From NCBI GenBank assembly GCA_031366795.1, contig JANLOX010000395.1:1-11353 (forward strand): 11,353 nucleotides of DNA, read 5' to 3'. The notes under the pieces were generated by a model that was not told the DNA's origin, searched no databases, and saw only the letters and a program-made list of their open reading frames with translations. The DNA is from Candidatus Eiseniibacteriota bacterium. Lineage in GTDB: Bacteria > Eisenbacteria > RBG-16-71-46. Below are positions 1 through 7,190 of this stretch, one piece after another (the first letter of the stretch is position 1; every line of letters starts with the position of its first letter). The position numbers were made by a program, and so were the translations under genes.

Positions 1-429
1 GCCGACGACATGAAGGCGCTCGCGGATCAAGGCGTCGGCCGCCTGTTCGGCCCCGGCGCCTCAACGCGCGACATCGTGCACTACATCCGCGAATGGTTCA
101 GCGAACGCCACGGCGCAGACGCGTTGGCGCCGTTGCCCGAGTCGTTCGGGCGCATGCCCTCGGCTGAGATGACGTCGATGGCCGACGCGACACATCGCGC
201 AGCGCATTTGATGGGCGAGCGGCCGGAACGCACGCATGTGGCGCCGAAGCCTGAGGCGAAGCGCGCGAAGAAGGCGGCTGCGAAGCCGCGGATGGCGAAG
301 GCGGAACCGAAGCGCGCGGCGAAACCTGCGAAGAAGCGCGCCGCCAAACCCGCGAGCAAGCGCGCCGCGAAGCCCGCCCCGAAGCGCGGCACCAAGCGCA
401 CCCCGAAGCGCGCGGCCAAACGCCGCTGA
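1..429 (+). CDS. C-terminal part (5'-truncated) of a cobalamin B12-binding domain protein (methylmalonyl-CoA/isobutyryl-CoA mutase C-terminal type) with a Lys/Ala/Pro/Arg-rich tail
   Basis: Frame 1 is open from base 1. ADDMKALADQGVGRLFGPGASTRDIVHYIREWF resembles the end of the acyl-CoA mutase B12-binding domain (..D..L...GV..lFgPGt...eIv.yi.e). It is followed by KRAAKP-type repeats and TGA at 427-429. The acyl-CoA dehydrogenase and thiolase nearby fit. The DxHxxG motif would lie upstream of the window. Confidence 0.72.
   Translation, partial: ADDMKALADQGVGRLFGPGASTRDIVHYIREWFSERHGADALAPLPESFGRMPSAEMTSMADATHRAAHLMGERPERTHVAPKPEAKRAKKAAAKPRMAKAEPKRAAKPAKKRAAKPASKRAAKPAPKRGTKRTPKRAAKRR
307..426 (+). 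repeat. Five degenerate in-frame 24-bp tandem repeats encoding xKRAAKPA-like octapeptides
   Basis: ccgaagcgcgcggcgaaacctgcg / aagaagcgcgccgccaaacccgcg / agcaagcgcgccgcgaagcccgcc / ccgaagcgcggcaccaagcgcacc / ccgaagcgcgcggccaaacgccgc, ending exactly at the stop codon. Confidence 0.85.
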
Positions 430-484
430 TCCCCGCGAGTCCGCGGTTGCGTTCGCTGGGCGCGATTGACGGCGAGGCGAAGCG

Positions 485-1288
485 ATGAACCCACTCGGAC
501 CCGAGCCGCAACTCTCGATTCAGCCGCAGGGCGAGCTGCCCTACCTGGTCGAGTACTGGTACCTGCGCTCACGTGTCACGCGGCACATGGTGGTGCGGCG
601 GTTTCGCGAAGTGCTGACGCACGCCGACCTCCACTCCGGTCAGCGCGTGCTCGATCTCGGCTGCGGCTGGGCGTATGGCACGAACTGGGCGCGTTCGCTG
701 GGATGCAAGGTCAGCGGCATCGACCTCGGTCACGACCAGTTGAGCTGGGCGCGGCGCGCCATGCCGGGCGCCATCGATCTCGGGCTCGTGCGCACCAACG
801 CGCGCCAGATGCCCTACGCCGACGCGACGTTCGATCGCGCGTTCTCGGTCGAGATGATGGAGCACGTGTTCCGCCCCGACCGGCCGCGCGTGCTGGGCGA
901 GATCGCGCGCGTGCTCAAGCCGGGCGGTCGCGTGGCGATCTCGACGCCCAACTCGGCGTCGCCCGTTGAGGTGGCGAAACATCTCGTGATGCGCTGGCCC
1001 GCGCTGCGCAACCGGTTGCCCTCTGCATGCTTTCCGGAAGCGACGGATGATCCTGGCACCTATCATCCTTACCGCTATCACCATCCGCTGACGCTGGACG
1101 AATTGCACGGCGGGCTTGAGGGCGCAGGCTTCCGCGTGCTTGGCGTGAAGCACTTCCTGTGGATCTTCAAGACGCTCCCCGATGCGCTGCTCGCGCCATC
1201 GGCCGGCGCCGAGTGGCTTGCCGAGCAGACGCCGCTGCTCAATCGCCTGGGCGCCACGACGCTGGTGTGGGCGGAGCGCGCGGGATGA
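485..1288 (+). CDS. Class I SAM-dependent methyltransferase (Methyltransf_11/UbiE-like)
   Basis: Motif I VLDLGCGWAYG, acidic GID after beta2, MPYADATFDRAFSVEMMEHV, EIARVLKPGGRVAISTPN. GAGG at 474-477 upstream of the ATG. Confidence 0.92.
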   Translation: MNPLGPEPQLSIQPQGELPYLVEYWYLRSRVTRHMVVRRFREVLTHADLHSGQRVLDLGCGWAYGTNWARSLGCKVSGIDLGHDQLSWARRAMPGAIDLGLVRTNARQMPYADATFDRAFSVEMMEHVFRPDRPRVLGEIARVLKPGGRVAISTPNSASPVEVAKHLVMRWPALRNRLPSACFPEATDDPGTYHPYRYHHPLTLDELHGGLEGAGFRVLGVKHFLWIFKTLPDALLAPSAGAEWLAEQTPLLNRLGATTLVWAERAG

Positions 1289-1896
1289 CGCAGCGCACGA
1301 TCGTCGTGCTCAATGGCAGCCCGGTGCGTGGCAGCAGCATCGACTTGATGCTCAGCGCGATCATCGAGGGCGCTGAGCAGGCGGGCGGCCGCGCGATCCA
1401 CTTCCGCTGTCACGAGATGGCGGTGCGGCCGTGCATCGCGTGCGGGCCGGATGCGACGACGGGCTACTGCATCTTCAACGACGACATGGACGCGGTGTAC
1501 GCGGCGATGGAATCCGCGCACGCGATTGCCGTCGCCTCGCCGATCTACTTCGACACCGTCAGCGCGCAGCTCAAGCTCGTGATCGACCGCAGCAATTGCG
1601 TGACGCCGCTCGTGACCGTGCCGGGCGGCGGGGAAGAGTTTCGCCCTAAGTGGCGACGCACGCGTCGCGGCGTGTTCGTGACGGCGCACAGCGCGGCGCA
1701 CCAGTACGAGCTCGCCGAGCGCACGGTGCGCGGTTTCCTCAAATGGGTGGGGGCCAAGTGGGAGGAGACGCTGGTCTACGCGCACACCGACAACGTCGCT
1801 GGCAGCGTCGCGCAGCATCCCGAGCTGCTCGAGCGCGCCCGCGCTATTGGACGCCGGCTGATCGAGAGCCCGCCGCTCGAGGACCTGTCCAAGTAA
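1285..1896 (+). CDS. Flavodoxin family / NADPH-dependent FMN reductase-like protein (iron-sulfur flavoprotein-like)
   Basis: ATGA overlap with the methyltransferase stop places the start at 1285. N-terminal IVVLNGSPVRGSS FMN phosphate loop, PCIAC..D.....CIFNDDM, ASPIYFDTVSAQLKLVIDR, C-terminal LERARAIGRRL. Confidence 0.9.
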   Translation: MTQRTIVVLNGSPVRGSSIDLMLSAIIEGAEQAGGRAIHFRCHEMAVRPCIACGPDATTGYCIFNDDMDAVYAAMESAHAIAVASPIYFDTVSAQLKLVIDRSNCVTPLVTVPGGGEEFRPKWRRTRRGVFVTAHSAAHQYELAERTVRGFLKWVGAKWEETLVYAHTDNVAGSVAQHPELLERARAIGRRLIESPPLEDLSK

Positions 1897-1925
1897 CGGC
1901 CTCCCGCGGTGCACGTTCATTGTTC

Positions 1926-1973
1926 AGTCGCGGTCATGCCAACTGTCCGCGCGGACAGTTGGCGATTGCGACT
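1926..1973 (+). repeat. REP-like hairpin element with palindromic core TGTCCGCGCGGACA between convergent genes; possibly also a terminator or RNA stabiliser
   Basis: Perfect 26-bp palindrome GCCAACTGTCCGCGCGGACAGTTGGC (1938-1963), extended by AGTCGCGGTC/GATTGCGACT (two G.U pairs, 2-nt bulge). Homologous to 9058-9104. Confidence 0.8.
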
Positions 1974-2024
1974 TGCTATTGGGGGCGCGCCCTTGCCGGA
2001 GGTCTTGCGACTACCCGGACAGGC

Positions 2025-4667
2025 TTACTTGTGTCCCACGCCCGAGCGCCAATTCACCATCGCGGTGATCGGCGTCAGCAGCGCCTGGTCGGGCACCATG
2101 AACAGGAAGCGCCCATCAGGCGCCACGCAATAGGTATTGCGGAAGTTGTTGTCGACGGTGACGCGGAACAGTGGTTTCGGAACGCCGGCGTTGAACGCGG
2201 TCCCCGCCGGGATATCCACGCTCATGAACATTTGATCACTCGAAATATAGAAGAGCTCGCGGCCGTTGGGCGACCATCTGGGTTGGGTGCCACCGTTGGC
2301 GGAAACCTGCCACTTGCCGGCGGGTCCGCCAAACGAGACGACGTAAACTTCCGCCCGCCCCGATTCATCGGATTCGTACGCGAGCCACTGGCCATCCGGC
2401 GAGACATGCTCGCGCCCTTCGGCGAACGGCGTCTGGATCACCGGCACCGGCTTGTGATCGCCCGATGTCGGGACCTGGAGGATGTCGCTGCGTGTCTTGG
2501 GAAGGAAGGCGTCGAAGAGCAACGTTTGGCCATCGTGTGACCAATCCTCAGGCCACCCGGAGGGAGCCAGCACGAGTTGCTCTTCTGCTCCGAGGCCGCT
2601 GGAAGACTTCTGCCAGAGCGCTTCGTTGCCGCCGCGCGTCGAGTACCACACGATCCGCGAACCGTCCTTGGACCAGATCGGGTTGCTGTCGACGGCCGGG
2701 TCGAATGTGAATCGGGTGGAGGTGCCGCGGGCGGGATCCATGATCCAGATGTCGCGGTCCGTGGTGATCGGGTCCTTGCGGCGCAACGCAATGAGCTTGC
2801 CATCGGGCGACAGTGCGGGACTGCCGTAGTCGGCGATCGGGCCCAGTTGCCCGAGTTCGCGTCCCGTCCTGTCGAACCACACCATGCGGCTATTGCCGCT
2901 GCCCGCGGCGCGCAACACCAGCGTGCCGTTCTGCGACACCGAGAAGTCCGCCTGGCCGTTGCCCGAGATGGGGAGTGATTCGGCGACGGGGAAGGCCTCG
3001 CCCTCGAGCTTGCCCGCTCCGGGGTTGAAGCGCTGGGCGACCAGCGTGCGGTCCCGCACGAACAGCAGGTAGCCATCGTTGGAATATTCGATTCGTGAAA
3101 CGCCGACGCCCAGCGACTTGGCCTTGGTGGAGCCGAGTTCCCCGAGCATGATCTCGGCCTTGCCGGAGGTGAGCTTCGAGAAGAAGTAATGTTTCCCGTC
3201 GGGCAGGAACGCGGGCCAGCCCGACTGGGAGCTCGTATCGGATGGCATCGCAAGGGTCGCTTGCCCCCCCGCGGCATTGACGCGGCGCAGCGGATCGGTT
3301 CCCCCGCCGTCGAACAGGATGTCCCCATTGCGCCCCCACGTGCCGTAATCTCCCGTCGGGGCATCGCAGATAACTTCCGCGGGGCCGCCCGCCGCCGGAA
3401 TCTTCTTGAGCTTGCCGCCCGACATGAACGCTACGTAGCGGCTATCCGGCGACCAGAATGGGCGCTTGGCACCATCGGTGCCTGGCAGCGGATTCGCATC
3501 GAGTGAGTTGAGCGGGCGCAACCAGATCATCGTCCTGCCGCTGGAATCCGTGGCATTGAAAGCGATGATTGCGCCGTCGGGGGAGATGCGCGGCAGGTCA
3601 ATCGTCGAGATTCCATGCGGCACCGGAATGGTGAAGCGGATGGGCCGCGGTTCCGGCGCGCTGTGGCCGAAACCGAGCCACGCGAACACGGCCATGCCCG
3701 CGAGTCCCACCGCCGCGAGTGCCCACGCGAAGTGCTCACGCCGCGCGCGCCGCGCCGACACGGGCGCGGGCAAACCCACCGCCGAGCCGCCTTCGGCGAT
3801 CCATTGCAGCTGGAGTGCCACGTCGTGCGCGGTCTGCCAGCGATCGTTCGGGTCCTTTGCGAGGCAAGTGCGAATCAGCCGCTCGAATGCGGGTGGCGTC
3901 AGCGGCTGCATGGCGGTGACGGACTGTGGCTGCGCGGACATGATCGAGGAGATCAGGCTGGCGCGGCTGCCGCCAGAGAACGCGGGCTTGCTTGTGACCA
4001 TCTCGTAGAGCACGGCGCCGAGCGCGAATATGTCGGTGCGCGCGTCGGCTTCCTTGCCTTCGAGTTGCTCCGGCGCCATGTACTGGAATGTGCCGAGCAG
4101 TGTTCCTTCGGTGGTGAGCGGTGCTGCACCTTCGACCTGCGTGGGCAGCGAGGTGAGCGCATCCAACGCGGAGCCCGCGGTCGGGGCGGACACGGCGGTC
4201 TTGGCGAGCCCGAAGTCGAGCAGCTTGGCGCCCGACTTGGTGAGCACGATGTTGCCCGGCTTCAAGTCGCGGTGAACGATGCCGCTGCGATGCGCGGCGT
4301 CGAGCGCGCTGGCGACTTCGCTGCCGATGCGGATGACCTGCTCGATAGGAATTGGCCCGCGCGTCAGGCGCTGCGCGAGGCTCTCGCCCTCGAGGAATTC
4401 CATGACGAGGTAGTCGAGGCCGTCTTGAATACCGACATCGTAGAGCGTGCAGATGTTCGGGTGCGACAGGCTGGAGATCGCCTTCGCTTCGCGCTCAAAA
4501 CGCTGCCGGAGTTCGGGGTTTGCCGAGAGGTGGGAGGGCAGCACCTTGATGGCGACGGTGCGGTCGAGCCGCGTGTCGCGGGCCTTGTAGACTTCGCCCA
4601 TGCCACCGGCGCCGATGGCGCCCAGAACTTCGTACGGCCCGAGCCGCGATCCGGTTGTAAGGGTCAT
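2025..4667 (-). CDS. Membrane-anchored Hanks-type Ser/Thr protein kinase with C-terminal PD40/TolB-like beta-propeller repeats
   Basis: IGAGGMGEVY, VAIK, HRDLKPGN, DFG, GTFQYMAPE, DIFALG motifs. TM segment FAWALAAVGLAGMAVFAWLGFG. Repeated PRISPDG/PFWSPDS/PALSPDG/PIWSKDG/DWSHDG/VSPDG/PRWSPNG blades. Confidence 0.96.
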   Translation of the reverse strand: MTLTTGSRLGPYEVLGAIGAGGMGEVYKARDTRLDRTVAIKVLPSHLSANPELRQRFEREAKAISSLSHPNICTLYDVGIQDGLDYLVMEFLEGESLAQRLTRGPIPIEQVIRIGSEVASALDAAHRSGIVHRDLKPGNIVLTKSGAKLLDFGLAKTAVSAPTAGSALDALTSLPTQVEGAAPLTTEGTLLGTFQYMAPEQLEGKEADARTDIFALGAVLYEMVTSKPAFSGGSRASLISSIMSAQPQSVTAMQPLTPPAFERLIRTCLAKDPNDRWQTAHDVALQLQWIAEGGSAVGLPAPVSARRARREHFAWALAAVGLAGMAVFAWLGFGHSAPEPRPIRFTIPVPHGISTIDLPRISPDGAIIAFNATDSSGRTMIWLRPLNSLDANPLPGTDGAKRPFWSPDSRYVAFMSGGKLKKIPAAGGPAEVICDAPTGDYGTWGRNGDILFDGGGTDPLRRVNAAGGQATLAMPSDTSSQSGWPAFLPDGKHYFFSKLTSGKAEIMLGELGSTKAKSLGVGVSRIEYSNDGYLLFVRDRTLVAQRFNPGAGKLEGEAFPVAESLPISGNGQADFSVSQNGTLVLRAAGSGNSRMVWFDRTGRELGQLGPIADYGSPALSPDGKLIALRRKDPITTDRDIWIMDPARGTSTRFTFDPAVDSNPIWSKDGSRIVWYSTRGGNEALWQKSSSGLGAEEQLVLAPSGWPEDWSHDGQTLLFDAFLPKTRSDILQVPTSGDHKPVPVIQTPFAEGREHVSPDGQWLAYESDESGRAEVYVVSFGGPAGKWQVSANGGTQPRWSPNGRELFYISSDQMFMSVDIPAGTAFNAGVPKPLFRVTVDNNFRNTYCVAPDGRFLFMVPDQALLTPITAMVNWRSGVGHK

Positions 4668-4673
4668 TCCGGC

Positions 4674-4684
4674 AGGCTATCACA
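4674..4684 (-). promoter_or_regulatory. Putative extended -10 promoter (TGTG-A-TAGCCT) for a leaderless kinase transcript
   Basis: The minus strand reads ...cTGTGaTAGCCTgccggaATG: a TRTGnTAnnnT match ending 6 nt before the start codon, with no spaced Shine-Dalgarno. Confidence 0.45.
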
Positions 4685-4813
4685 GGAATTGGCTCGATTG
4701 AGTGCGGAGGTGCGCGCCCGGCCCCGGGTACGGTAGTGTTTCGGCCGTTCAGCCCAGAAGTCGCGTTCGACCTGCCGCGCGCGAGCGTTGTGCCATACCA
4801 CTGGAGTGCCCCC

Positions 4814-5956
4814 ATGCTGTTCCTGAAGGAAGAACATCTCCAGGTGCGCGAGATGGCGCGCCGTTTCTCCGACGAAGTGGTCGCCCCGCAGGCGCGCGAC
4901 CTCGATGAACGCGAGGCGTTCCCGACGCAGATCGTGAAGCAGATGGGCGAGCTGGGATTCCTCGGGCTGCCATTCCCCGAGAAGTACGGTGGCGCGGGGC
5001 TGGACACGCTGGCCTACGCGATCGCCGTCGAGGAAATCGCCCGCGCCTGTGGGTCCACCGCCATCACGCTCGCGGCGCATGTCTCGCTGGGCTGCGGCCC
5101 GGTGTATGCAAATGGCACCGAGGAGCAGAAGCAGCGCTTCCTCGTGCCGATGGCGAAGGGCGAAGTGCTGGGCGCCTTCGGGCTCACCGAGCCCGAGGCC
5201 GGCTCCGATGCCGCGGGCACCCAGACGCGCGCCGAGAAAGTGGACGGCGGCTACCGCGTCAATGGCTCGAAAATCTACATTACCAACGGCAGTGTGGCGG
5301 GCTTCATCACTTTCACCGCGCGTACCGACCCGAGCCGGGGCGCCAACGGCATCAGCGCGTTTATCATGCCGACGGCGACGCCGGGCTTCCGCGTGGGCAA
5401 GAAGGAAAAGAAGATGGGGCTGCGCGCCTCCGACACGGTCGAGGTGGTGTTCGAGGATTGCTTCGTGCCCGCCGAGAATATGCTGGGCGAGCCGACCGGA
5501 GGCTTCAAGGCGTTCATGAAGACGCTGACCGGTGGGCGCATCTCGATCGGCGCGTTGGCTCTGGGTCTGGCGCAGGGCGCTTACGAGCACGCGGCCAAGT
5601 ACTCGAAGATCCGCAAGCAATTCGGTCAGACGATCGCCAGCTTCCAGGGCATCCAGTTCATGCTGGCCGAGATGGCGACGAAGATCGAGGCCTCGCGCCT
5701 GCTCGTGTACCACGCGGCGGCACTGCGTGACGCGGGTAAGGAATTCGCGAAGGAAGCCTCGATGGCGAAGCTGTTCGCCAGCGAGACGGGCAACTGGGTC
5801 ACCGACAAGGCGATCCAGATCCATGGCGGCATCGGTTATTGCCGCGACGTTCCAGTCGAGCGCTTGCACCGCGACGCGAAGCTGATGGAAATCGGCGAGG
5901 GCACGAGCGAGATCCAGAAGATCGTCATCGCGCGCGAAATCCTGAAGCACTTCTGA
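4814..5956 (+). CDS. Acyl-CoA dehydrogenase (short/branched-chain, butyryl-CoA DH-like)
   Basis: GGAG at 4803-4806 before ATG 4814. GAFGLTEPEAGSDA, NGSKIYITNG, KMGLRASDT, RKQFGQTIASFQGIQF, AIQIHGGIGY, RDAKLMEIGEGTSEIQK (catalytic Glu). Confidence 0.96.
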   Translation: MLFLKEEHLQVREMARRFSDEVVAPQARDLDEREAFPTQIVKQMGELGFLGLPFPEKYGGAGLDTLAYAIAVEEIARACGSTAITLAAHVSLGCGPVYANGTEEQKQRFLVPMAKGEVLGAFGLTEPEAGSDAAGTQTRAEKVDGGYRVNGSKIYITNGSVAGFITFTARTDPSRGANGISAFIMPTATPGFRVGKKEKKMGLRASDTVEVVFEDCFVPAENMLGEPTGGFKAFMKTLTGGRISIGALALGLAQGAYEHAAKYSKIRKQFGQTIASFQGIQFMLAEMATKIEASRLLVYHAAALRDAGKEFAKEASMAKLFASETGNWVTDKAIQIHGGIGYCRDVPVERLHRDAKLMEIGEGTSEIQKIVIAREILKHF

Positions 5957-5987
5957 TGATCGCGTCCTTCAATACGCGAAGGTCGCT

Positions 5988-7190
5988 GTGAGCGCCCCGG
6001 CCACGGGTGCGACCATGCGCTGGACCTCCGCGTTCAGCGCCGAGAGCGAGACTATCGCCGCGGCGCGTGCGGTGGCGGATGCGGTGACGCGCGAGTTGAA
6101 TGGCGCGCAGGCAGACCTGGTCATCGCGTTCTTCGACAGCGCGCACTTGAGCAACGTCGCCGACTTGACGCAGGTCCTGCGCGAATCGCTGGCGCCGGGC
6201 TGCCTGCTTGGCGTGAGCGCGCACGGTGTCATCTCGACGGATCACGAAATCGAGACCAGCCCTGCCTTGAGCGTGATCGCCGCGTCGTTGCCGGGTGTCG
6301 AGATCAAGCCGTTCGTGATGGTGAATTCCGCATGGGTCGCCGCACTCGACGACGCGCAGGAATTCGAGCGCTGCACGCCGGGGCTCGAAGGCTCAGAGCT
6401 GGTGATGTTGTTCGCCGATCCCTTCACCTTCGACATCGAGCGTTGCCTCGGCTCATTCAACAAGCATGCGCCGGGCATGCGCGTCGTGGGCGGTATGGCG
6501 AGCGCGGGCCCGCGCCCGGGCTCCAACACCATCGTGCTTAACGATTGGACGGCGCATGAGGGTGGTGTCGGGCTCGCGCTCAAGGGTGCCCTGCGCGTCG
6601 ATGTGGTGGTGTCGCAGGGTTGCCGCCCGGTGGGACCACCGCTGCAGGTCACGCGTGCCGAGGGCAATCTCGTCTATGAACTCGATGGCGAGCCCGCCGT
6701 TGAGCGCGCCGAAGCGGTGTTGCGCAAGCTGCCGCAAGCCGAGCAGGCGTTGCTGCGAAACGGACTCTACATCGGACGTCCCGCGCGAAGCGGAGCGAGC
6801 GGGCAGGGCGACTACCTGATCCGCAACCTGCTGGGTGCCGACCGTACGCGTGGCGCGTTGGCGATCGCTGACGTGATGGCCGAGCGAGAACACATTCGCC
6901 TGCACGTACGCGACGCCGAGACCGCAGCCGAGGACCTCGAGATGCTGCTGTCGCCGCAGGAATTCGATTCGCGCGCGGCGGCGGCATTGTTGTTCGCCTG
7001 CAACGGGCGCGGGCGTGGCTTGTTCGGCAAGGCCGACGCGGACATCGGCACGCTGCAGTCGGCGCTTGGCGGATCGATCCCGGTGAGCGGCATGTTCTGC
7101 GCGGGCGAGATCGGGCCGGTCGGTGAGCGCAACCTGCTGCATGGGCACACGGCGAGCATTGCGATCGTGAGGCCGGGGGCGCGGGTGTGA
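5988..7190 (+). CDS. FIST N- and C-domain sensory protein
   Basis: FIST hallmarks: LFADPF, VVGGMAS, VSQGCRPVG, YELDGEPA, YLIRNLLGAD, LLFACNGRGRGLFG, GMFCAGEIGPVG..N.LHGHTAS. Start is GTG 5988 or ATG 6015. Confidence 0.9.
   Translation: MSAPATGATMRWTSAFSAESETIAAARAVADAVTRELNGAQADLVIAFFDSAHLSNVADLTQVLRESLAPGCLLGVSAHGVISTDHEIETSPALSVIAASLPGVEIKPFVMVNSAWVAALDDAQEFERCTPGLEGSELVMLFADPFTFDIERCLGSFNKHAPGMRVVGGMASAGPRPGSNTIVLNDWTAHEGGVGLALKGALRVDVVVSQGCRPVGPPLQVTRAEGNLVYELDGEPAVERAEAVLRKLPQAEQALLRNGLYIGRPARSGASGQGDYLIRNLLGADRTRGALAIADVMAEREHIRLHVRDAETAAEDLEMLLSPQEFDSRAAAALLFACNGRGRGLFGKADADIGTLQSALGGSIPVSGMFCAGEIGPVGERNLLHGHTASIAIVRPGARV

Noticed and set aside
433..446. Small hairpin CCGCG-AGTC-CGCGG after the first gene
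   Set aside because: A 5-bp stem without a U-tract is expected by chance at this GC content.
1159..1284. Longer start of the flavodoxin ORF at 1159
   Set aside because: It would overlap the methyltransferase by 130 bp. The fold starts at MTQRTIVVLNGSP with an ATGA coupling at 1285.
4736..4813. Longer start of the acyl-CoA dehydrogenase at 4736
   Set aside because: ATG 4814 has a GGAG SD and gives a typical ~380-aa enzyme.
4664..5950. 428-aa antisense ORF over the acyl-CoA dehydrogenase
   Set aside because: Shadow ORF typical of GC-rich codon bias, with no motifs. The same applies to 3615-4736, 1650-2540, 6453-7397, 1078-1920, 9594-10361 and 10292-11083.
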